From Candidatus Iainarchaeum sp. (GTDB taxonomy: Archaea > B1Sed10-29 > WALL01 > JAGHAM01): a stretch of 64,000 nucleotides of DNA. The stretch lies in contig JAGHAM010000012.1 in assembly GCA_021161465.1 (NCBI GenBank), positions 180 through 64,179 of the forward strand, given 5' to 3'. The notes under the pieces are model-generated. The model saw nothing but the letters and a program-made list of their open reading frames with translations, searched no databases and had not been told where the DNA came from. Position 1 is the first letter of the stretch, and the number at the start of each line of letters is the position of its first letter. Of this stretch, positions 8,917 through 17,961 are shown piece after piece. The translations under genes and the position numbers were made by a program.

Positions 8917-9512
8917 TTGAGGAATATACTGGAATCAAGTTCAAGCCAGTATGTGAAAAGAAGGAGTTGTTAAGAAACCCCAGCATAAAAGAGCTAATCA
9001 GCTGGGGAAAGCGTATTTCAGATGAGGGTATGGCCCCCACATATATAACCCCTCTTGGCTCTGGTTCTGGGGGAAATCTTAGCTTCAGGACAGATAGAGG
9101 CATGATAACCACAGCCAGCTATTCGCATTTAGGGCACCTGCATGAAATGGATTTTACTGAGGTGCTTTCCTGTGATGTTGAGAAGAAAGAAGTGCATTTC
9201 ATTGGATTGAGAAACCCATCATCAGAAGCCATCCTGCACTGGCTGGTTTACCAAGGTAGGCCAGAGGTAAATGCAGTGTTCCACTTTCATGATGATGCTA
9301 TACTGAAGAGCGCGCAAAGGCTTGATTTGGCAGTGACTAAAAAGTTCTATCCTTATGGCTCCCTGGAACTTGCTAAGGAAACCATGAACGCGCTGGGTGA
9401 TAGCTGGTTTTTAGTGCTCAGGGACCACGGCTGTCTCTCACTGGGTAGGACAATAGATGATGCAGGTGAGAGAGCCCTTGAAGTGCATGGAAAGGCGATT
9501 GGCGATGTTTAA
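8913..9512 (+). CDS. class II aldolase/adducin-family protein (MtnB- or Ald2-like)
   Basis: GNLSFRTDRGMITTASYSHLG and EAILHWLVYQGRPEVNAVFHFHD blocks. GTG start overlaps the mtnA stop, which suggests co-translation. Confidence 0.65.
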   Translation: MIEEYTGIKFKPVCEKKELLRNPSIKELISWGKRISDEGMAPTYITPLGSGSGGNLSFRTDRGMITTASYSHLGHLHEMDFTEVLSCDVEKKEVHFIGLRNPSSEAILHWLVYQGRPEVNAVFHFHDDAILKSAQRLDLAVTKKFYPYGSLELAKETMNALGDSWFLVLRDHGCLSLGRTIDDAGERALEVHGKAIGDV

Positions 9513-9592
9513 AAACAAAAACTTTATAAATAAACAAAGCCAAAAAACAAGGCACCCGTTTACTGCTGCAGGGCAGCAGGAGGGAGATTTTT

Positions 9593-10225
9593 TTGAGTCT
9601 GGTTGAAGCTATAAAAAAAGCAAAAGAGGAAGCTCCAGAGAGGAAGTTTTCCGAAAGTGTAGACTTATTCATAAATTTTAGGGGGATTGACTTTTCTAAG
9701 CCAGAGAACAAGATAAATCTGGAAGTCGCGCTCCCAAAAGGGAGAGGCAGACCAAGAAAGGTATGTTTCATCTGTGAGGAAGAGTTTGCAGGCAAGGCAA
9801 AAGGCATTGCTGATAAAGTCATAGTGAAGGATGAGCTAGCCACAATATCAAAGAAAGATATGAAGAAGCTTGCTGAGGAATATGATTCTTTTGTCGCCCA
9901 GGCCAACTTAATGCCAATAGTGGGTAAGAGCTTTGGTCCAATCCTTGCTCCACGTGGTAAGATGCCAAAGCCAGTACCACCAACTACAAACCTGGAGCCA
10001 ATTTTAAATGCTCTAAAAAGGACAGTGGTTCTAAAAACAAAGGGCAAGAACATGCCAGTCCTCCACGTGCCCATAGGAACCAGGGATATGAGCGATGAGG
10101 ATTTGGCGGATAATGTCAAGGCTGTCTTGAATGCCCTAACAGCAAAGCTTCCCCAGAAGCAGCACAATATAAAATCCGTCTTGATTAAGACTACGATGGG
10201 CCCAACTGTGAAAATTGAGGTATGA
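9593..10225 (+). CDS. rpl1: 50S ribosomal protein L1 (uL1)
   Basis: SVDLFINFRGIDF..., VIVKDEL, PIVGKSFGPILAPRGKMPKP blocks. TTG start after GGAGG. Synteny with P0/P1. Confidence 0.9.
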   Translation: MSLVEAIKKAKEEAPERKFSESVDLFINFRGIDFSKPENKINLEVALPKGRGRPRKVCFICEEEFAGKAKGIADKVIVKDELATISKKDMKKLAEEYDSFVAQANLMPIVGKSFGPILAPRGKMPKPVPPTTNLEPILNALKRTVVLKTKGKNMPVLHVPIGTRDMSDEDLADNVKAVLNALTAKLPQKQHNIKSVLIKTTMGPTVKIEV

Positions 10226-11184
10226 ATATGGCAGGGAAAACAGCTCATGTTGCAAAGTGGAAGAAGAAGGAAATAGAAGAGCTTGAAGGCTTCCTAAAAA
10301 AATACCCAGTAGTTGGTGTAGCGAGCATCCAAAACTTCCCCACGAAGCATTTCCAGGAAGTGAGAAAGGCGTTGGAAGGGAAAGCAGTAATACGTGTAAC
10401 TAAACTAAAACTGTTTAACATAGCCTTGGATAAGGTGCCTGAGTTAAAGGTAATAAAGGATTACGTAAACGGGCCGTCTGCTTTTATATTCACTGATATG
10501 GACCCATTCAAACTCTTTAAAGCATTAAGAGAAAACTCATCAAAAACTTTCGCTAAGCCCGGGCAGGTAGCACCGGAGGATATAGTCGTGCCCGCTGGCG
10601 ATACAGGAATACCTCCTGGACCAGCACTGGGCGACCTAAGGAGTGCAGGTATCGAGGCAAGGATAGACGGCAGCTCAATAAAAGTCACCAAGGATTCTGT
10701 CGTCGTCAAAAAGGGCGATGTGATAACACCAGAGGCTGCTGCTGCTTTAAGCAAGCTTGGATTGAAACCCTTTGAAGTTAAGTTATCCTTAGAGGCTGCT
10801 TACCAGAATGGGATTGTATTTACTGCAGATGTGCTTGGAATAAAAACCGAGGAAATAGTTGCTTCCATGCAAAGGGCTTACCAAAGTGCATTCAACTTAA
10901 CGTTTAACGTGAAATATTTCACAAAAGCTAATGTGGAGTTGTTCCTGTCAAAAGCATTCAATAATGCCAAGGCTCTTGGTGTTGAGGCAATGATACTGGA
11001 TAGGGGGATAGTTGAGGATATAATCGCAAGAGCGTCTGGTCAGGCGAAGGTGCTGTCCTCATATGTGAAAGAATCAAAAGTAGAGTCCAACCCTAGCGAA
11101 GCAAAGGCAGATGAGAAGGCGGACCAGGCAGAGGCTAGCGAGGAAGCAAGTGAGGGATCCAAGGACTCTAATGATGCTCAATAA
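10222..11184 (+). CDS. rplP0: ribosomal stalk protein P0 (uL10)
   Basis: AHVAKWKKKEIEELEGFLKKYPVVGVASIQNFP N-terminus typical of archaeal P0. Acidic tail, but no terminal LF(G) peptide. Confidence 0.9.
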   Translation: MNMAGKTAHVAKWKKKEIEELEGFLKKYPVVGVASIQNFPTKHFQEVRKALEGKAVIRVTKLKLFNIALDKVPELKVIKDYVNGPSAFIFTDMDPFKLFKALRENSSKTFAKPGQVAPEDIVVPAGDTGIPPGPALGDLRSAGIEARIDGSSIKVTKDSVVVKKGDVITPEAAAALSKLGLKPFEVKLSLEAAYQNGIVFTADVLGIKTEEIVASMQRAYQSAFNLTFNVKYFTKANVELFLSKAFNNAKALGVEAMILDRGIVEDIIARASGQAKVLSSYVKESKVESNPSEAKADEKADQAEASEEASEGSKDSNDAQ

Positions 11185-11209
11185 TTGATTATGTTGAGAG
11201 GTGTGAAAG

Positions 11210-11512
11210 ATGGAATATGTGTATGCGGCACTCCTGTTGCACGAAGCAAAGCAGGAGATTAATGAAGAAAATCTGAAAAAAGTCTTGACAGCTGCAGGCG
11301 TCAAGGCTGATGAGGCTAGAGTAAAGGCCTTGGTTGCAAGCTTAGATGGTGTTAACATAGATGAAGCCATTTCCAAGGCAGCAGTTGCTGCAACTCCTGT
11401 TACAACAGCAGCTCCGGAAGAAGCCAAGTCTGAGGAGAAAGAAGAAAAACCAAAGGAAGAGGAAAAGACTGAAGAGGAAGCCGCTGAGGGATTGAGTTCT
11501 CTTTTCGGCTAG
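11210..11512 (+). CDS. rpl12: ribosomal stalk protein P1 (archaeal L12)
   Basis: [27 protein letters not shown]-terminus, acidic linker, conserved C-terminal GLSSLFG. Confidence 0.95.
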   Translation: MEYVYAALLLHEAKQEINEENLKKVLTAAGVKADEARVKALVASLDGVNIDEAISKAAVAATPVTTAAPEEAKSEEKEEKPKEEEKTEEEAAEGLSSLFG

Positions 11513-11573
11513 AGTGATGCGTTTGGGGGGCTTTTGCCCCCCTTTGAGCATTTGTGTATAAAGAGGTGTTACC

Positions 11574-12902
11574 ATGACAGGAAAGAAGGTTATAATATTA
11601 GGTGCGGCGGGTATGGACTACCATGTGTTCAATACATACTTTAGGGATAACCCTGAGTATGAAGTGGTTGGCTTCACTGCAGCAGCCGAGCAGAATTTAG
11701 GGACTGTTGAAGGAGGCTTAAGGAGATATCCTCCTGAGCTTGCTGGGAAACTTTATCCAGAAGGGATACCTACCTTTCCTGAGGACAAGCTTGAGGAAGT
11801 AATACAAGAGACTGGAGCTGAGGAAGCCGTTCTTGCATACTCTGATGTTTCTCACGAATATGTTATGCATCTGGCTTCGAGGGCTCTCGCTTCTGGGGCT
11901 AACTTTAGGCTGTTGGCTCCAAAGTATGTTATGCTAAAATCAAAAAAGCCTGTAATCTCAGTTTGTGCTGTCCGAACTGGTTGTGGAAAGAGCCAAACTT
12001 CAAGGTGGATTGCACTTAAGCTGAAAGAGAAGGGGCTAAAGGTAGTTGTTGTCCGTGAACCAATGCCTTATGGGGATTTAACAGAACAGGTGTGGCAGAG
12101 GTTTGCTACTCTTGAGGACTTAAAAAAGTACAAGTGCACTGTGGAAGAGATGGAGGAGTATGAGCCACATATAACCCACGGGCTTGTGGTTTATGCTGGA
12201 GTGGACTATTCCCAGATACTGAAGCATGCCGAGGAAGAAGCGGATGTTGTTCTCTGGGATGGAGGAAACAATGAGATTTCATTCTTCGTTCCGGATGTGC
12301 TGGTAACTGTCGTTGACCCTCTAAGGCCGGGGCATGAAACCAAGTACCATCCAGGGGAAGTCAACCTAAGAATGGCAGATGTTGTCGTTGTGAACAAGGA
12401 AGACAGTGCCAAGCAGGAGGACATAGATGCAGTTATCAGGAACGTTAAGAGAGTTAACCCCAATGCAAAGATAGTCCATGCGAACTCAGTGATAAAAGTC
12501 AATGGCGACATAAAGGGGAAGAAAGTTCTGGTTGTTGAAGATGGTCCAACAGTGACACATGGTGGCATGTCTTATGGTGCAGGGTTCGTAGCAGCAAAGG
12601 AGAATGGCTGCGATGTAATAGACCCACGACCTTATGCTGCCGATGAAATACAAAAGACCTTTGAGGAGTTCCCTCACCTGAAGAATGTTTTGCCAGCTAT
12701 GGGATACTCCGAGAAACAGCTAAAGGAGCTTGAGGAGACCGTCAACGCTGCTGAGTGTGATTTGGTTGTTTCCGGAACACCAATAGACCTTGGCCGTATC
12801 CTGAAAGTGAATAAGCCTATTGTTCGGGTGACCTACGAGCTGGAGCCAAAGGATGACTCATTGGATAAAATCGTTGATGAGTTTGCAGCCAAGGCAAGAT
12901 AA
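11574..12902 (+). CDS. COG2403-family P-loop NTPase (cyclic 2,3-diphosphoglycerate synthetase-like)
   Basis: N-terminus KKVIILGAAGMDYHVFNTYFRDNPEYEVVGFTAA and P-loop CAVRTGCGKSQTS. Assignment is from remembered family consensus. Confidence 0.55.
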   Translation: MTGKKVIILGAAGMDYHVFNTYFRDNPEYEVVGFTAAAEQNLGTVEGGLRRYPPELAGKLYPEGIPTFPEDKLEEVIQETGAEEAVLAYSDVSHEYVMHLASRALASGANFRLLAPKYVMLKSKKPVISVCAVRTGCGKSQTSRWIALKLKEKGLKVVVVREPMPYGDLTEQVWQRFATLEDLKKYKCTVEEMEEYEPHITHGLVVYAGVDYSQILKHAEEEADVVLWDGGNNEISFFVPDVLVTVVDPLRPGHETKYHPGEVNLRMADVVVVNKEDSAKQEDIDAVIRNVKRVNPNAKIVHANSVIKVNGDIKGKKVLVVEDGPTVTHGGMSYGAGFVAAKENGCDVIDPRPYAADEIQKTFEEFPHLKNVLPAMGYSEKQLKELEETVNAAECDLVVSGTPIDLGRILKVNKPIVRVTYELEPKDDSLDKIVDEFAAKAR

Positions 12903-13022
12903 CACATTTCAGAACTGGTGGGAGCGAGTTGAGTTGTGCCAAATCGCGCTCCTGCTATAACTATTTTTGCGGATTTATGGTTCGTGGATAGCTATTAATA
13001 GGTTATCTTTTTATATAACATT

Positions 13023-13496
13023 TTGCAAAATTGTTATATGCAGGATAAGTGGTATTATTTTGTGGCAGGGGTTCTGGTTACAGCTGGGTTTCTTGCTGTG
13101 GTAGAAAACTTGAACCCAAGTGAGGGAATATTTACCAATCTGCCAACATCTGGTTTTGTGGTTAAAAGGTCGCTGATGGAAGACCTTTCTAATGCCAGAG
13201 AGGTAAACATGAGCCTCTTAGGGTATGACTCTCCATTTGATGGTGTTCATAACCTCCCAGAAGCTGTTGTATACAATGGTGTGAGTTACAGGCCGGTCAT
13301 TGTTAGTTATAATGAGTTGAAGGACCGTTCCAGCGAGCTTAAAATACATTATCTGTTGTCTATAGGAGAAGCGCCTGATGGTAAGTTTCCCGTTTATTGG
13401 GTGGAGTTTGATGGGGTTTCGGAGAAAATGCCCATTCTGGATGGAATAGTTGTTTTGAACCAATCTTTTAGTTCTGGGTCTGAGCCGTTTGATTAG
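13023..13496 (+). CDS. hypothetical membrane-anchored protein
   Basis: ORF with one N-terminal TM helix (WYYFVAGVLVTAGFLAVV). No recognisable motif. The 3' end overlaps the smc 3' end. Confidence 0.3.
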   Translation: MQNCYMQDKWYYFVAGVLVTAGFLAVVENLNPSEGIFTNLPTSGFVVKRSLMEDLSNAREVNMSLLGYDSPFDGVHNLPEAVVYNGVSYRPVIVSYNELKDRSSELKIHYLLSIGEAPDGKFPVYWVEFDGVSEKMPILDGIVVLNQSFSSGSEPFD

Positions 13497-16400
13497 TTTC
13501 TTTCTCCACCAGACCCTTTAAGTCTACCTCAACTATACTGCTGCTTTTTTCTTTATCCATACTTACACCAACGATTTGGTCGCTGGCATGAATCAGGGAG
13601 TTGTTGTGTGTTGCCACTATAAACTGGACTTCCTTAGACTTCTTCTTTATCATCTCAGCCAGCCTCTCAGAGTTTGCCTTATCAAGTGCAGCGTCTGATT
13701 CATCCAGGATATAGAACGGTGCAGGTTTGAATGCTTGTAAAGCAAATAGGAATGCTATGGCAGCAAGCGTCTTTTCCCCGGTGCTCATCTCATCTATGTT
13801 CTTTATTTCCTTGCCAGCAGGCTGGGCTTCCAATAGAAGCCCACCCTGGAATGGGTCTTCAAGGTTTTCAAGTTTTATAGCTGCCCTTGCGTCATTATGG
13901 CCAAGATAAAACTCTTTGTAAACTTCATTGAATTTTTCGTTTATCTTCTCGAATGCCTCAAGGAAGGTTTCCTTGCGTTTGTTTTCAATTTCTTCCATCA
14001 AGTTTATAACAGCTTCTTTCTCCTTTCCAAGCCTTATACTTTTTTCTTTTATCTCATCAACTTCTTTGATGAACTCATCGTAATCCTGGATTGCTTTCAA
14101 GTTTACTGGTTCCATCCTGGTCATCTTTTGGATAAGGTCTTCTGCCTCTCTCATCAACGACTCGATATCTCCAGGTTCTTCTTTCATTTGCTTTAGCTCT
14201 TCAGCTGCAACATCACCCAGCCTCTGCTTGAGCGAGGAATACTCCGTTTCAAGCTTTGCTTTCTCTATATTCATCCGGTTGAGCTCTTCTACTTTTGAAT
14301 CGAGCCTCCTCCTGAGTTCGCCCCTTTGCTCAGCAAGTTCCCGCAACCTTGCTTCAAGGTTTTCTCTCTTTTCAACAAGCTCCCCGGTTGCTATCGATAT
14401 GCTTTTTTCTTCCTCATATGCCTTCTCAAGTTTGGCAGATATGGCTTGAATCTCTTCGTCATACTTTTTGATTTCCTTTTCTATGTCTTCAAGGTTGGTT
14501 GAACCACGTTGCCCCTCTAACTCTTTTTTTCTCTTTTCCAAGTTTTCTGTTTCGATTGTGGCTTGATTGATTTGAAGCTGTATCTCTGAGAGCTGTTCTC
14601 TTATGACTTTGATTATCTTCTGTTGCTTGTTTAGCCTTTCGGACACCCTTTTAGCTTCTGGGGTATCTTCCCGCTTCTGAAGCAGCTCTTTTTGTTTCTC
14701 GAGAGTGCTGAGTTCTGTCTTCTCCTCATGCAGTTGTTTTTCCTTCTCTATGAGAGCTGCTTTGAGGCTCGATAACTCCTTGCGTATCTCAGAGAGCTTC
14801 GTTGTTTTGCCCCTTTCCATGGATTCCAGTTCGTCAAGCCTTAGCTTTAGCTCTCTGACAATTATCTCATCTTCTCTGACTTCAAGTTCTATACCTACAA
14901 TCTCTTTGCTAATCTTCTCCATCTCTTCGTCAAGGCCCATATTTTTGACCTTAGATAGTTCGTGGTTTAGTCTTGAAATCCGTTCTTCCAATTCTTTCAT
15001 CCTTGCTGTCTCGCCTGCAATATCTATCCCATGCTCATAGCCGCCTGTGAGGACTCCAGAGTCATCTATGAAGTCACCATCTAGGCTTACGAGCCCCCTT
15101 TCGAGTATATTATCGCTGTTTAACTCTCGCGTTACCAGATTATTACCAAATACATAATAAGCTACTGGCTTGAATCTTTCATCAAATTCAACAATATCCA
15201 GTACGTTTTCCAGCTTGCCATCGGGTCTTCTGTCTTTCTTTGTTTCAATCCTTATAGTGTCCAAGGGTATGAAGCTGGTTCTGCCTAGTTTCTTGCTTTT
15301 CAACCATCTTACTGCCTTTAGTGCTGATGCCATGTCCTCAGTCACTATAAACCCTAACTTCTCTCCAGCGACAGCACTGATTATACCAGCATTCTCAGGA
15401 GCAAAGCTGAATATGTCTCTAACTTGGCCTATTATGCCCTTAAGCTCACCTGCCTTTCCAGCACTTACCACAGCATTTGAAGCTTTGTTGCCACTAAGCT
15501 GTTCAAGGGTTGATAACCTTGTTTCAAGGGCGTTGAACTCTTTTGTTGCCTTCTCCAGCTGTTCTTCAAGTTCTTTTTTTCTCTTCTCGGTTGCAGACTC
15601 TAGTTCCTTAAGCTCTTTTAACCTTTCCTCAAGTTGCTTTTTCCTGTGGTGTTTCTTCGCGAGCCCCTGCTTCAGTTTTTCAAGTTTTGTTTTTTCGTCC
15701 TTAACCCTTTCAGCATTCGTCCGCTTTTCTTTCTCTTCCTCTGAGATTGACAGCTCTCTCTGGCTTATTTTATCCCTGAGCTGGTCAACCAGGTTCTTAA
15801 GCTCATAAAAACGCTTCCGCTTTTCTTCCAGTTTCTTTGAGATATCTTCAAGCTCCTCTGTGGATTCCTGAACTTTTATCCCTTTTACGAATTCATCAAA
15901 GCTAGCTTCTTCTTTTTTCAGCCTTTCCTCATATGCTTTTTTCTCTTTCTCGAGCTTTTTAGCGGAAATTTTAGATTTTGAGAGCTCCTCCTCAATTTCA
16001 CCAAGTTCTTCGGATACATTTTTTAGTTTGTCCTTTATGCCTTCCAACTCTTGCTCTTTCAAGCTTTTTTTCTCTTCAGCCAGGCTTATTTGGTTCTTCA
16101 TGCGTTCAATCTTCTTGCTTATCTCCAACTGTTGCTCGCCACCTTTCTCCTGGATTTCCTTTGCCAGAGTTTTAAGCTGGTTCTCCCAGTTTGCTATCTG
16201 CGCGCTTACTTTTTTGATTTCCTGTTCCAGTTCGTCTTTAGCTTTGCTTATGTCCATGAGTTCCTTCACAGTTGTATCTAACCTACCCTCTACCTGCTCA
16301 AGCTGCTTAGCTATTACTGCATGCTCAAGAAACTCTCTCCTCTTGGCGTATTCTTTATACCTCATTGCTTGGTTCCTTTCCTTTTTCAGCTCATTCAGGT

Positions 16401-16968
16401 AGCCACTCCGTTCGTAAAGGATGATGTTGGCTTCTTTTATCCTTTCCTCAACGCGCTCCAGCTCGCGGAGGGCCTTGTCCTTCTTCTCGTTATACTCTGC
16501 TATCCCCGATACACCATCTATGATTTCTCTCCTTTGTGATGGTGTCATGCTTATTACTTCACTTACCTCTCCCTGCAGTATTATATTCCGTGAGTCTTGG
16601 GAAATGTTCATGGAGGCTAGGAACTCGAGGATTTCAGAGAGTGTGGTCCTTTTCTTGTTGAGCTTGAAGACTGATATGCCTTCCTTGTCTATCATTCTCA
16701 CTATCTCATGCTTCTCATCGCCATGTGCCAGCTCTATGGATACCTCTGCCATACCACTGGAAGATTTGTGGTGCACTAAGTCTGTCAGGCGGCCCGCCCT
16801 AAGCGATTTCATTGATGATGTTCCAAGGACAAAAGTAATAGCGTCCAATATGTTGCTTTTTCCAGAGCCGTTTGGACCAACTACTGTTGTGAACCCACCA
16901 ACAAAGGGTATGATTGCATTTCTGAAAGACTTGAAGTCTTTAAGCTTTAGCTTGGTTATCTTTCCCAT
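13468..16968 (-). CDS. smc: chromosome segregation ATPase SMC
   Basis: 1166 aa. Walker A VVGPNGSGKSNILDAITFVLG. Long K/E-rich coiled coils with a central hinge. Signature MSTGEKTLAAIAFLFAL and Walker B FYILDESDAALD. Confidence 0.95.
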   Translation of the reverse strand: MGKITKLKLKDFKSFRNAIIPFVGGFTTVVGPNGSGKSNILDAITFVLGTSSMKSLRAGRLTDLVHHKSSSGMAEVSIELAHGDEKHEIVRMIDKEGISVFKLNKKRTTLSEILEFLASMNISQDSRNIILQGEVSEVISMTPSQRREIIDGVSGIAEYNEKKDKALRELERVEERIKEANIILYERSGYLNELKKERNQAMRYKEYAKRREFLEHAVIAKQLEQVEGRLDTTVKELMDISKAKDELEQEIKKVSAQIANWENQLKTLAKEIQEKGGEQQLEISKKIERMKNQISLAEEKKSLKEQELEGIKDKLKNVSEELGEIEEELSKSKISAKKLEKEKKAYEERLKKEEASFDEFVKGIKVQESTEELEDISKKLEEKRKRFYELKNLVDQLRDKISQRELSISEEEKEKRTNAERVKDEKTKLEKLKQGLAKKHHRKKQLEERLKELKELESATEKRKKELEEQLEKATKEFNALETRLSTLEQLSGNKASNAVVSAGKAGELKGIIGQVRDIFSFAPENAGIISAVAGEKLGFIVTEDMASALKAVRWLKSKKLGRTSFIPLDTIRIETKKDRRPDGKLENVLDIVEFDERFKPVAYYVFGNNLVTRELNSDNILERGLVSLDGDFIDDSGVLTGGYEHGIDIAGETARMKELEERISRLNHELSKVKNMGLDEEMEKISKEIVGIELEVREDEIIVRELKLRLDELESMERGKTTKLSEIRKELSSLKAALIEKEKQLHEEKTELSTLEKQKELLQKREDTPEAKRVSERLNKQQKIIKVIREQLSEIQLQINQATIETENLEKRKKELEGQRGSTNLEDIEKEIKKYDEEIQAISAKLEKAYEEEKSISIATGELVEKRENLEARLRELAEQRGELRRRLDSKVEELNRMNIEKAKLETEYSSLKQRLGDVAAEELKQMKEEPGDIESLMREAEDLIQKMTRMEPVNLKAIQDYDEFIKEVDEIKEKSIRLGKEKEAVINLMEEIENKRKETFLEAFEKINEKFNEVYKEFYLGHNDARAAIKLENLEDPFQGGLLLEAQPAGKEIKNIDEMSTGEKTLAAIAFLFALQAFKPAPFYILDESDAALDKANSERLAEMIKKKSKEVQFIVATHNNSLIHASDQIVGVSMDKEKSSSIVEVDLKGLVEKETNQTAQTQN

Positions 16969-17317
16969 GGAATGCCATTTACGAAAAACACGGTTATATA
17001 CTTTTTGTTATGGAGCAAGAATTCAGTGGCACATTCTGCCAGTGCAATTTGCGTATTTTACTACTATTGTAATATGATATTGTGTACTTTATGATTTTTG
17101 GGTAGGAGAAATAGTCACCCTACGGCAGTGTTGGGGAGAGGAAAGGTGGATAAGCCCACCCAGCCGAGAGAAATCGAGGCACACCTTTCCTCGAAGAAAT
17201 CGAGGTTTTGCGCTTTGCCTCAGCAAAGCGTGGGAAAATTATGACAAGAACCTATATTTAAGTTTTTTGGTTATCATGACTTTGTGCTATATCACTCGGA
17301 AAGGTTTATACGAAAAT

Positions 17318-17347
17318 CTTAAATATAATGTAAACAAAAACGTTTAC
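17318..17347 (+). promoter_or_regulatory. putative relBE promoter (TATA-like TTAAATATAA) plus palindromic operator GTAAAC-N6-GTTTAC
   Basis: A/T box at about 17319-17328, roughly 30 nt upstream of the relB ATG. Perfect 6-bp inverted repeat at 17330-17335 / 17342-17347. Confidence 0.35.
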
Positions 17348-17357
17348 AGTGGTTGTT

Positions 17358-17579
17358 ATGGTTCAGGTTCAGGTAAGACTGCCCCCAAAAACAGTGGAGG
17401 AGCTTGATGAGTGGGTAAAGGAAGGAAGGTTCAAGAGCAGGAGCGATGCAGTGAAAACCATACTGTCATTCTATGGAGAAAAAGAGAAAACTCGTGAGTT
17501 CTACAAGATGCTTGTTAAACGAAGTGAAGAAGCTAAAAGACATCCTGAACAGCTTGTTCCTTTGGAAGAGATTGAATGA
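17358..17579 (+). CDS. relB: ribbon-helix-helix (CopG/RelB-like) antitoxin
   Basis: Small ORF whose N-terminus VQVRLPPKTVEELDEWVKEGRFKSRSDAV is typical of RHH proteins. Its stop overlaps the relE start (ATGA). Confidence 0.7.
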   Translation: MVQVQVRLPPKTVEELDEWVKEGRFKSRSDAVKTILSFYGEKEKTREFYKMLVKRSEEAKRHPEQLVPLEEIE

Positions 17580-17842
17580 GTTTTAACGTTCTTTTTCATC
17601 CTAAGGCAGCGGCTGTCTTGAAAAAGTCTGAAGGAAACCCGAAGAATAGGATAAAGAAAAAACTTCAACTATTAACAGATTGGCCAGAAGCAGGGAAGCG
17701 GCTTAAACACTCAGAATTTTGGAGTCTACGGATAGGTGACTACCGGGCAATATACGAGATAAACAAAGAAAACAAGAGAGTAATAGTATTGTTCATAGGT
17801 CACAGAAAAAAGGTCTATGATGACTTTTCAAAACTCTTATGA
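17576..17842 (+). CDS. relE: RelE/ParE-family type II toxin (mRNA interferase)
   Basis: 88 aa. FWSLRIGDYRAIYEINKENKRVIVLFIGHRKKVYD matches the RelE-family core. Confidence 0.8.
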   Translation: MSFNVLFHPKAAAVLKKSEGNPKNRIKKKLQLLTDWPEAGKRLKHSEFWSLRIGDYRAIYEINKENKRVIVLFIGHRKKVYDDFSKLL

Positions 17843-17961
17843 AAATATGCTGTTACTTCTTATTTTTCGTATCAAATCTACTTTTATGTGCAAAGTTGAT
17901 CACACGTTGTCCACTAATTCCAAAAGCAATTTATTTTCAAGCATGTAAAACATAACCAAGT

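Noticed and set aside
13727-17077. Numerous + strand ORFs (60-218 aa) rich in Ser/Phe/Leu opposite smc
   Set aside because: These are antisense shadows of the K/E-rich coiled-coil codons (GAA/AAG read as TTC/CTT). They have low complexity and no starts with a ribosome-binding site.
17138-17231. A fourth attC-like site next to the relBE module
   Set aside because: It has strong inverted repeats but lacks the terminal ..TAAC / GTTRRRY pair, the spacer asymmetry and the shared core of the 59-61 kb repeats.
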